From Haplodiscus bocki (Eukaryota), in the NCBI GenBank assembly GCA_965655095.1, contig OZ296659.1:32054001-32118000 (forward strand): a DNA stretch of 64,000 nt. Reading direction: 5' to 3'. The translations under genes were made by a program, and so were the position numbers. How positions within the stretch are numbered: the stretch's first letter is position 1; each line of letters opens with the position of its first letter. Shown here piece by piece: positions 48,604 to 59,841 of this stretch. Below the pieces are notes generated by a model. It made no database searches. It was given only the letters and a program-made list of their open reading frames with translations, and was not told the DNA's origin.

Positions 48604-48845
48604 ATAAAAGTATGTGACAAATTTTGTTGATTTAACTACTACAGATGATATTCATAATATTACAAAAAAATTGTACAGACAATAAAAATAATATTGATAT
48701 AATTTTACCCACATTATTACTAACAAAATTTTGTGGTCTATCATTTTTATGCTTGATGAGTTTGATGGTATACACAATATTTAAAACTTCATTCAAATTC
48801 CAATAACACAACCAAACCCCTAATCAGGAAAATAACATTTAATAA

Positions 48846-49548
48846 ATGAAAAGAGAAAAAAAATTTATATCCTCAACATCCAGTTAGGTGTATTATAACA
48901 GGCCCCTTAGAATGTGGAAAGTCAGTATTTTTAACAAACCTAGTTTTAGGTATTTTCAACGATTATGATAAAATATACATTTACTCACTTAGTCTTCATC
49001 AAGATTTATATCAAAAATTAATTGAAAGTTTCACTAATTACATACCAATTCACATAATACTAAACATTTTAAACGAAAAAGATATTGATGTAGTAATTGA
49101 TGGGATAGCTGATAATAAAGACTTTGAAGAATCTGATACCCAAATAGAGACATATTAACCAATTCAAGAATTAAAATTTCCTCAAGAACAGGATGATGGA
49201 GGTAACATTATCTTAGATGATTTAAACGAAGAAAACTGAATGATCCTCCTGTTCAAGCGATGTTTAAACAATCAAGACACACTAAAACCACCTTCAGTCA
49301 GGGTTATTTCGAGCTGAGTAAAAAAACGATACAAGGTAATGGAAATATCCACCACATCCTTAATTCAAACAATTTCAGAGATTTATTAAACTCTGTGGAC
49401 ATGACACTCAACGAACTCAAATTATCAACATCTACTTGTTGGGATGAAACATGTCAACCTCTTACTTTTGATATCACCAAAAAAAACGTACAGGTCGCTA
49501 TCGATCAGGATTGAATAGTTTATTTGTAGTGATAGTTCACCGTTTTAA
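48846..49548 (+). pseudogene. A32/FtsK-HerA DNA-packaging ATPase
   Basis: RCIITGPLECGKS Walker A (48901-48924), IILDD Walker B, FKQSRH and SQGYFEL motifs. Confidence 0.9.
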
Positions 49549-49557
49549 AGTAACTAA

Positions 49558-50422
49558 ATGAGTACTTATTCTAATGTGACTGAACAAGCTTCGATTTATC
49601 TACGCAAATAACTGAACAACAGAAAATTCAACAAGCTTTGAAAATTAAAAACAGAATTTTAAAACAAACTCATGATATTAAACTAGCGGAATCCTCATCA
49701 CCTATCACTAAAAAGCTAGATGAAGTAAATGAATCTACTGAAAACTAGTTGAAGTATTTGAAAAATCACAACCTGCAACAAAAATACCTCAACCAGCCAT
49801 TAAACACACACAACCTCATCAACCAATCAAAAATAATGAAGGTGTGATATATGATACAGATTTAGAAAACACATTGAAGAGTCTGAAAAAATACTGGTCC
49901 TTTCCAAACATATGAAGACCCAGAACATGGTTGGAAGTAGATTGGATATCCTATTAAGATATTAGGTGGAACAGAAGTAAAACTCAATGATAGGAAATAT
50001 AATATAACTCCAGGTATTCAAAAAGTAAAAATTAATACATCGTATAATACTGATAAATCAATGAACGATATGGATAAAGTAGTTTTTAGAGAGATTTTAC
50101 AACAAAATTGAATTTTTTAATCATAAAACGACTAAAAGACGTATATCAGGTCGTGATAAGTATATTAAAAAAACTTGATATTGACGTAAGAAGAAAATTG
50201 AAATTAGATATTGAACTCGATGGTAAAGGAAATGAAAAAATTATCATACCATCCAACATAATTGATATCTACACTAGATTAGAAACCTTAATAGGACTAA
50301 AATTATCTGGCCTTACTGATACTATAACAGAAGCAAAACATTTAATCGATGAATTATACAGAATGGGTGATATACAAAACGAACAACAATATCGAAATGC
50401 TCCTAACAAAAATTGTACTTGA
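49558..50422 (+). pseudogene. Conserved Polinton (putative core) protein
   Basis: N-terminal coiled coil ..KPIT.KL-like. C-terminal IIIPSNIIDIYTRLE.LIG.K.SG.T....EA..LIDEL...G.I helical module after an LDGKG site. Confidence 0.6.
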
Positions 50423-50425
50423 TTA

Positions 50426-51222
50426 ATGGGACTACCAAGTAAATTATTGGAACAACTTGCATTTAATACAAGACCTCAAATAGAAGAAAATATTTTAGTC
50501 GTCATGGATCAGGGTACACAAGTAGAGCATCTCCCTCAACCTCTACGAACTAATCATAAACAATTTGAAATAGCCGTCTCCTTCCTAGCAGCTTATAACG
50601 GTATAATCAATGTTGCAAAATCGAATAACAATTTTTATTTCGCTAAATCAATTACTGATGAAGATATTTTTTGATCAAATTTCTGTACCGCTTGGTGCTT
50701 ATAAAATCGAAACTTTGAATATTGAAATTGAACGGATTATAGTTGATGCAGAATCTTTTACTGCAGCTAAATACCCGTTCACAACAAAACCCAACTTTTC
50801 AACACTTGGATCTATTATAAAAGTATCCACTCAATGACCAAAAATTACATTTGCACCCGATGATAGTATAGTAGATCTTTTAGGTTTTAATATGAGCGCA
50901 ATTTTTAAAAAATATATATTCACCTATTCCTGTAAATATATTATAATTTGATAAATCTTTCCTCGAATGTGATATCGCTAAATGTACGATTTTTGAAGGG
51001 AAACGAAATGGAATTATTCAAAATTTCTCTTTGGATGTTGATCGTGGTTGAAATTACACATAAAAATTTCGTGGTGGAATGCAATAGTATTTGATGGAAA
51101 GCAAAAATATTGTTTCATCTATTTGTTTCAAATTAGGAAAGGAAAACAATCAACTCGTGTCATTCAACGGTCAAAGTATCTTTTGTCGAATATCAATGAA
51201 GGAAATTAAATTTTCAGCATAA
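50426..51222 (+). pseudogene. Minor capsid protein (penton, single jelly-roll)
   Basis: YNGI.NV..SNN.FYF, I.VP.GAY.I..LN, SI.DLLGF, LECDI..GIIQNF..DV..G, ..SFNGQSI..R. Confidence 0.8.
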
Positions 51223-51377
51223 TAAATGACTAAGACTTTAATAAAATCAAGATTACTTTCTAATAAACACAAACCTAAACTTAAACAAAAAATAAATAAA
51301 ACTAAATCATATATACCTCCAAATCTACAATCATTTAAACAAAAATTACCATCATGAAATGGTCTTTTAGTATATAT

Positions 51378-52665
51378 ATGAGCTTAGAAGTATTTCAATT
51401 TTTAAATAACGAACCATTCGACAATAGTATCTTAAAAAGAGATTTTGAAAAAGTATATCATTAACAAGGAGTACAATTAAATCAATCAGATCAAATTTTG
51501 GAAATTATTTTTGGAGAAAATAACAATTATCATCAGATAGGGAAAAGGTATCTACAATTTGATGTTACAGTACGGAAAAGTGATAGTACAATTTTTCAAA
51601 ATGATGATCCAATTCGTTTAGTAACGGGTTTGCATTTTGTTTTAAAGAAGCTCGTTTATCTACTAATCCAGGGTCTGATATCAAACATAACAAATTTTGC
51701 GGTCAAGTATCTTCTAATATGAGAGTGATATCAAATATAGACGGTGATTTAGCATCTCAATTTCACAATATTAACGCAAATGGTATTCCAGTTCTTGAGA
51801 GACTTGCTGACCTACCACCCCAAATTAAATCCACACCAAATCAAAAAATGTTAATGAATAACCATACTCATGCTACTAAAGGTAAAACAAAATTATATTT
51901 GTTTCTAGAAGATATCTTCGATTTCTGCAAATTTTTAAGAAGGTAACTGAAAACTTAGGTTTTCACTTCATGTTAAAAACAGCTAACTTACAAGCTTTTT
52001 ATTTACAACTATGACCGATGAAAAAAATGTGACTATTATTTCTTTGTATCTATTCATACCTATTCTAACACCCAGGGTTGAAATTCAATTGACTTTTAAT
52101 GAAGCTACGCGTAATATTTATAAGGTATCTTACGACGAATACTATAGAGAAAGACGAGTATTATCAGATTTAATACTTCAACACAATATAGAATCAGATC
52201 AACAAGTGAATAGTCCTAAATAATTGATCCGCGCTCATCAGACGAAAGATAGAATTGACACTCCTAAAAAAAACTACCATATAGCAAAATTTGATAATCT
52301 AGATCTTCGTAAGTATTAATGTTGAAAATAGGGACAACGATATCCAAGAGATGGCATATCAATTAAACTATACCGAGAAGGATTATATAGATCAGTATAG
52401 AGATAATATATTATTTTTTGAAGAATCTTTCGGAGAACCAATACTACATCCTCTTATATCATATCCGGACATGCAAACAAAATACTCTAAAGGAATAAAA
52501 GGTCTAACACATCAATCTGATCAAATTACTCCTTAAAAAAATCAACTATTTCAAGGAAATGGCACTGATCCTGACAATGCTAGATTGTTTTCAATTATAA
52601 CTACACGAAGAGAAATTGAATTAATAAGTGGTGGAAATAAATTGATTGAAGTTTTATTTTTTTAA
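51378..52665 (+). pseudogene. Major capsid protein (double jelly-roll, hexon-like)
   Basis: DNSILKRDF..VYH.QG..LN, NGFAFCFKEARL, GQVSS.MR, LEDIFDFC, RYPRD motifs. Confidence 0.85.
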
Positions 52666-52852
52666 AAAATCAATCTTATTATAAATGTATGAATAAGTTA
52701 CCTTTTTTCTAATTGCTTATGATTAAGATAGTATCACGACAGATATTCCTATAGGAATATTAAATGTAATTAAAATAATAATTGTATAAATATTTCATTT
52801 TATAAAAATTTTTAAAGATTTTATCAGAAAATATAATATAAAAATTGATACT

Positions 52853-53194
52853 ATGAACGAATCAGAAATACAAAAAGTTTATATTTATAAAATATATCCT
52901 AGAGATTCTACAAAATTTTTTGATAAAGGATTCGTAAATATAGACAATGGTAGTTTGGGAGGATCTCATTGGACTTGTTTTATAATAAAAGATAAAAAAC
53001 CATACTACTTTGGCTCGTTTGGTGGACAACCTGATAATGTTCTACTCAAACAATTACTCAAACCAATAATGTATCAAAAGTACAAAAGACAAGATATAAA
53101 CTTTAAATTATGTTACTCATTTTGCCTATATTTCATGTGTTTGATTGAAACGATGAATTATTATGATGTTGTATTAAAAATAAGTTTTGATTAA
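52853..53194 (+). CDS. Adenain/Ulp1-like cysteine (maturation) protease, probably inactivated
   Basis: VNID...GGSHWTC, YFGSFG (normally YFDSFG), Q.....CY..C (normally CG). Confidence 0.85.
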   Translation: MNESEIQKVYIYKIYPRDSTKFFDKGFVNIDNGSLGGSHWTCFIIKDKKPYYFGSFGGQPDNVLLKQLLKPIMYQKYKRQDINFKLCYSFCLYFMCLIETMNYYDVVLKISFD

Positions 53195-53198
53195 TTAA

Positions 53199-54715
53199 GT
53201 GCCTATAAATGTATTCGGTAACGGTTCTTCCTCATATGATAATGGTAATAAAATTGATACAACTTTCTTTGTACAGGAACCTTATCTGAGAAGAAATTAT
53301 TTGGAAAAAAGTAGAGAAGAAGATATTGACTTAAAAAAACGATACAGAATTAAAAAATTACCCAATCCTATTAGTATAAGAGAAGCAGCATCAAAAAATT
53401 ACGTTGATGAGAAATATAACGATCTTAGTAAAATATAAAACACCACTCATGTTGATTTTAATGATAAAATTATCGATAATGTTCGCTCTATTAAAGTAAA
53501 CTCATTCCCCACCCTTGAACAACAACTGACACCAAAAATTTATGTCGACCAAGCTGTAACTGATGGTGTAAATGAATCATCACTTTTGAGATTAGATCTT
53601 AATGAAAAGTTGAGATTAGATGAACAAGACTCTATAGTTCTTAACTCTACTTTAACAGTACCGAAAACGAAAATTGAATTGCCCACTAAAAAGTATGTTA
53701 ATAAAAATTTCAATGACCCTAGTGTAACAAAAAATACAGCTCTTGTTGACTTCAATGATAAAAATCTTGATAACGTTAGATTCATTAAATTAAACAGCAT
53801 GCCCGCGGTTGAGAACAATTGACAGCAAAACTTTATGTTGATTAGGCTATATTTTATAATATAAACGAATCATCATTGTTAAGATTACACCCTGATGAAC
53901 TAACAAAAACTAGATGAACAAGATTCTATAATTCCTAATTCTAGTTTAACGTCACCGAAGACTATAAGAGCGTTACCTACCAAATCGTATGTTGATAGCT
54001 TACATGAAAGCTGTAAAAATAGACGTGACTTATCATCACTGTTTAATGAAAAGATAACGAATTTGATAATAATAAGTCAACTAATTTTGATAGTGTCATT
54101 GTTAAAAGAAGTCTTAATTTAGATTATGAAATAGCAAATAAAAAATATATTGATGATTCAATAGGAGAAGGTACAATAGTAAGATTCAATCAAACACTAG
54201 AAAACTATTTGAAAATATCTGTTGGAAATGATGTTTATATTCTTACTAAAAATGATAAAACTCAAATTACTAATACAACAATCAACAAAAATTCAAATAC
54301 AGGTGTTTGTCTTCTACAGAATTGGGTTATAAATAGTACTGATAAAAATACTAGTGGTAAAATACAAAATTTTAGTGAATCAAAAAAAACAAACAACCCC
54401 ACTAGTTATTCGGGAGCAACTAGTCTACCACCAATCGATAGCTTCATGTACATAGAGACATCAAGCAATAACCACGGTAACAAAATATTTGTCAGTTTCA
54501 AAAGAACAGGTATCATACAAATTTCTAAAATAACATTCTATTACAACAATATTTTCAATTTTAGCTATGGATTCATTAAAATCAATGGGTCGCCTTAGAA
54601 TTCAATAGTCACTAGCTGATAACACTTAGAGTAATCAATAAAATGTACATGAAAGTGATCGATAAACTAACTCATCAACTGATTGGACTTAATTAAGTTT
54701 AAATTTTACAAAAAT
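53199..54715 (+). pseudogene. Fibre/spike-like repeat protein
   Basis: Repeated ..P....EAASKNYVD / LPTK.YV / ANKKYID shaft motifs; internal ~294-bp duplication. Confidence 0.6.
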
Positions 54716-55130
54716 AGTGTTATTAATATACCTAATTAAAAACGATGGTGATTTATTAACCGAATGTGATTTTTTGAGGAGTGATATTAATCGTTTAAAT
54801 TTAGAGCCTAAAACTATATTGATGGAACAGATTGAAGATTACTTAGAACATATTAAAAAGGAAGAAGAATCAAAAATTGAAAGAATTCTTATTAAATAAA
54901 TAGAACAATATTTAGCTGTAATGTTTGCAGATGTTAGACATGAACGATCTTCAATTTTACTATTATCATTAACAGATCCTGATATATTGAGACAAAGCAA
55001 ATTTACTGATCATGAAGCTGATATTATAAAAAATTGGTTTTAGAGAAACTACATAGGCAGCGCGTTTTGAAGGAACACGTAGCTATGCCTTTTGTAGAAT
55101 CACAAATAGAATAGTATTTTCTATTTGATA

Positions 55131-55740
55131 AATGAGTACATATCGTGATTTGAATAACGATCTTGAATTGTTAAAAATAAAAACTAAGGACGATGAGATT
55201 AAAGATTTAAAATATAAAACTGAAAAACACGATCATGAGAATATTCAAAAGTAACTTGAAATTGGTAATTAATATTATAAGAAGAAAAATAGATCTTTGA
55301 ATGAAAAGAAAGTATTGTTAACTGTCACCGAAATATAGTTAGGATTGGGATCAGCTAAATTACCTCTAAAATGTCATTATATAATCGAAGCATTGGTTTA
55401 GTATTAACTTTTTCAACAGCTTTGTTAACTAGTATTGCTATGTTAATCACGAATGAATACATTTCAAAATTAGAAACAAGATTTACTAAACTAAGAGATT
55501 GGATTAAAATCATTACCTTGTTATATGAAAAGACTTTGGAAACATCGATGGTAGAAAAAATTGATGCCAAAGAAAAGAGGAATTGAAAAAAAAATTTACA
55601 TTCATTACTTTGATAACACGAATGATATCATGGAAATTACTTCATCTAGAGTAGAAGATGTTTTCGGTGATGTAACAAGAAAAGAGTCTATTTTTTTTCT
55701 GAACAAATACTGAAACTCAATAACTTTTACGCAAAATAAT
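55131..55740 (+). pseudogene. GasderminX-like Polinton membrane protein
   Basis: YYKKK..SLN.KK, hydrophobic hairpin IGLVLTFSTALLTSIAMLI, then ..EKTL..SM...ID.KE. Confidence 0.55.
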
Positions 55741-55849
55741 GTGAACTAGAATATAAAAACCAAACCTAATTTTTTTAAACCTAGAAGGACAAAAAAATAT
55801 TGATTGTCAACCGAGCGCTCCTCCCTAATATGAATAAATTTTCGTTATT

Positions 55850-56436
55850 AATTGACAAAAACTTGGTGTGTTAGTAGAAAACAAATTTCTAACACAAAAA
55901 AAATTGATTATGACAAAATTAAACGCCAAAACTCAAAAACTTTTAAAATTATAAAAGGAAAATGTGATGTTTGTGGACAAAATAAACCTCAAAATTTTAC
56001 TAAGTAAATGACTAGAGCGGAAACCTTTATTAAAAATGCAAAATGCAAGCACGGCGATCAATCCGTTATGTCAAATTCAGCATGGTGTGATTTAAATAAA
56101 GACTGTACGGTAATAAACTTACATGATATGTGCCCTAATCCTAAATGTAATTGTCAGAAGCAAGTCACCTTTACTACAGGACAATTTCAACTTGAGGGTG
56201 AATCGATAAAATGTAGACTTCAGAAAAACTTAAAGGGGACATAAACAGCTTGGAATAATTCTCTTAAGCCCGCTGTCAATATAGCTGCTCCGTTTACTGG
56301 TATGGCTGTCAGCGCTAAAACAAGGAATCCTAAGGTTGGACAAGCGACAACTAGTTTTTTAAGGATTATATTAGGGGGTAGGGTCTTACATTTGACAGAT
56401 CTCCATGGGAATGGACTTCGTTTGAAAGTGATGTAA
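55850..56436 (+). pseudogene. Small Zn-ribbon protein followed by a protein VI/cupiennin-like amphipathic protein
   Basis: WCV...IIKGKCDVCG.NK. The 56008-56436 frame has a Cys-rich N-terminus, QFQLEG, AWN.SLKPAVNIAAPF.GMAV, ILGG and LHGNG, with one internal stop. Confidence 0.55.
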
Positions 56437-56479
56437 ATTAATTCAAAGATTGTTTGTTAAGTGAAAGGAGTAGTTGTAT

Positions 56480-57116
56480 TAAAGACTTGTTTGACTTTGA
56501 TTTGGTCAAAAAACGTTTAAAACGTGGATTTATATGTTTGAAAACTAACTTTCATAAAAATAAAAATATGAATGATGGTTCATATAATATATGTGAGGTT
56601 TGTAGGAAGGAATTTTATAATAAAAATTTAGTTTAAATGAAAAAACATTAAATAGAAAATAGAGATAGAATAAAAGAATATGAATTATTAAATAATGACA
56701 GCAATATAGCTCGTAAAAAGATTTATTCTAATAATGGATTAAAAACAGATATCATTTTTCGTTTAAATCGTCGAACAAGAAGTAGAATCAGACATGCTCT
56801 GAAAGGTAGATCGAAATCGGTTCCAACGAGAGAAATTATAGGTGTAGACATTGATCTTTATTGAAAATGGAACGAGTACCAGTTTACACCAGAAATGGAG
56901 TGGTCTAATATGGAGATTGACCATGCGAAACCTATTTTTTATTTGATGTAACTAAAGTTGAAGAATTAGAAGAAGCCTTTTCCCGGAAAAGCACTCAGCC
57001 CTTACTCAAAGAAGTTCATCAACAGAAGGGGAAAAAATTAAAGTTTTTTCGATCATCAACTTCACTTTATTAAGGCTTATCAATTTTTAAAACTAAATGA
57101 AGGGAGACTTGACTAA
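56480..57116 (+). pseudogene. HNH/endonuclease VII-like nuclease
   Basis: FHKNKN..DG...C..C; RSRIRHALKG..KS...IIG; F.PEMEW.N.EIDH.KPI..FD; TQPLLKE...KG. Confidence 0.7.
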
Positions 57117-58445
57117 AACCTTCATAGTCAAAAAATTCAGCAAACCTCCTAAGAAAAATTATGAAAGTAAAACAATATTATATATTCACACTGATGAAAT
57201 TTGGCCGAAGATTGATTGTAGTAATGGATCGGTCGTTAATGGTAACCGAGAGCCTTTTTTATTTTCTTTTGCTTTCAGTTCTCTTCCCGGTCGAAAATTA
57301 TGCAAGGAAACAAGTGTAAAACTTTTTAAAAAGATAAGTGAATCCGTTCTTTTTAATATAACAATTTTTTTAAAAGATGATGATCGAAAACCTGTTGATT
57401 TTAATAACGAAACGATAAGTTTTACTTGTCAACTCTTTAAATTATTTTGTTCGTTTTTATACACATAGCATTATATGAAAAACAGTATTTGTGCAAGTAT
57501 AAAAACACCTTTATTTTTATAATATTCGTGCAAGTATTAGAATATTTATATCATTTTTCATCTTCGAATACGTGTTATTATCTTGTTTATTTGTGATCTT
57601 TACTAGAGGTATACATACAATTATATTTGTATTTACCTTTATACGAGTTTTAAATGAACTTAATTGTGATTGGACCTAAAAATGAAACAGAAGCTTTATT
57701 TGGCCGTCAAGATTGATTACAAAATTCTAAAGAATAAAGGGATTAGATAAAAATTTCTTATAATAGATAATTTCTCCAAAGATTTGTGGGCAATACCTCT
57801 TAAGAATAAAAACTCACAGACAATAACAGTGGTTTTTTCAAAAATTTCAAAAAAATTCAAGAAAACCTATTTAATTGGAAAGTGATAGAGGAAAGGAATG
57901 GTATGATTCTATTTTTCGAAGTTTTTTGAAAGGTAAAAAAATTCACCATCACTCAAGATACACAGATAAAGGCCCCTCAATAGCTGAACGATTGATTAGA
58001 CCTATAACGAAATTATTAAAGAAACCTGTATTCGAAAAATGTAATGCTATCTGGTTATTAGAACCTACATCTGTTATTAAGAAATCTAATAATACAATCC
58101 ACAGCTCAACGAAAAAAACTCCACTTGAAGCTAGTAAAAAATCAAATGAAAAGTTAGTCTATTCCAATCTTCAAGAGCGAAGAGTCAGACAACAACCAAA
58201 AAATAAAATGGGAGATTTGGTTAGAACTTCTGATATTAGATAGGTTTTCAGCAAAGGAGATAGTACAAACTATAGCTATAAACTAAATACTATAACCGAA
58301 GTTATTCATGACACAATCCCCAACTATCGAATCAACTATCAACCCGGGAGATATAATTAAAACCCATTACTACCTACAAAACTATCTCTTAATGAAAACA
58401 TTCAAGTTATGGAGAAACTAAATTTGATTCAAAAATATAATAAGT
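57097..58445 (+). pseudogene. Retroviral-like DDE (rve) integrase, split by an insertion at ~57208-57697
   Basis: SKPPKKNY...H.DEIW | LA..IDYK..NKG...IIDNFSK.LWAIPLKNK; ESDRGKEW; AERLIR; N.IHSSTK.TP; GDLVR; F.KG...N.S. Confidence 0.9.
57208..57697 (+). other. Inserted fragment of another Polinton's minor-capsid locus
   Basis: DCSNGSVVNGNREPFLFSFA.SS.PG.K..KE...LFKKI...L..ITIFL.DDD.KPVDFN.ETISFTCQL, then MNL..I.PKNETE. Flanked by ATTTGGCCG(TC)AAGATTGATT direct repeats. Confidence 0.75.
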
Positions 58446-59841
58446 AATAAATGGAATTAACTGAAGATCAAATAGTTGAAAAAAATTCTTAACAACGTGG
58501 ACACTGCTCAAAAAACACATTACTACAGTACGAATTTGAAGGACTTGTATTCCATATGGATTCAACTTAATCAAAAGAATACACGAACTCTCTAAAAGTT
58601 CAAAGAAAAAAATAAATTTTTCAAAAGAATAAAATACGTTGAACACAAGAAAATTTGTATTTGTTTAGAAGTTTATAAAATTTTTGAAGCTGATGAATAC
58701 AATAAAATATATGAACCTTTATCAACAATAAAAAATAAAAAATTAAACCTAAACAATAACTTAATCGAAAAAAAAGATATATTGGAATATCCTGATTTCG
58801 AACAAGATTATTGGTCAAAAACAGCCAACCGTGTTTATAGTGATGGACATGATTCTTTCGAATTAATGATTGGGATCTCTTTTCATGATTGATCCTATTA
58901 TTAAATTATAAATTATTATGATTTGATGGGAAGTTTTTTGAAAATTTAAAAAGAAATATCTCAACGGTGAATATTATGGAGAGGTAAAAGATAATCGTTA
59001 AAAAATTCATCCATCTGAGAATAATAATTTACGAAAACGAGATCTACCAAAGTCTCTTAGAACCCAATATCAAGTTCAAAATGAAAGTCAGATAAGGAAA
59101 AACCAGAAGGTTATTAAAAATGATAATGATGAATTAGAAGTTTAAAATTATCCTAAAAGTAATCAACCAACTAATCATCAACCAAAAATCAAACCACCAA
59201 ATTGCCCTTCTGGCAAACAAAATAATTGATTTGAATTTGCTAAAGGTTACTATTGGAAAAATTGTGAAAATTTTGTCAACAAACAAAAACATTGGATTGA
59301 CAAAAAAGTACGTGGAGAAGATAATTATTTTTCAACTAGATTGTCATACGCTAATAAAAAGATTAGAGAGTTATATTATTTGACAATTAATACTTCTTAT
59401 AATTCAACACAACATATGATTGATGAACTACAACAGTTCAAATCAAAAACAAATTCAAAGTTTCACCGAAACAAAAGTACTTATTATGACGAAATGAATA
59501 TTAAAAGACGAAGTGGTACTTTTCAATTTGAAGAAGATCATTTTAGGTGTTTAAGGTATTAGAAAAAATTATCATGAATTAATATTAGTAAAGAAATTTT
59601 TATAGACAAAACCTCGAGTTAAGAATATGAATTTTCTAAAATATCATTTACATTTTACTGTTATTAAAACTAGAGATGATAAAGAAACTGTGAATGATGA
59701 TGAATATGAAAATGATTTTATTATTTTAATGAGTTTAATTACTCCTAATCATTATATTGGAAGAAAAAACGATAAAATTATGTTAAAGTGGAGGAAATTG
59801 AAAACTCAAACAAATCATTTGGAAAAATGCTTAGTAAATAA

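Noticed and set aside
57097-57468. 123-aa ORF as a genuine novel gene
   Set aside because: It is an in-frame chimera of the integrase N-terminus and an inserted minor-capsid fragment.
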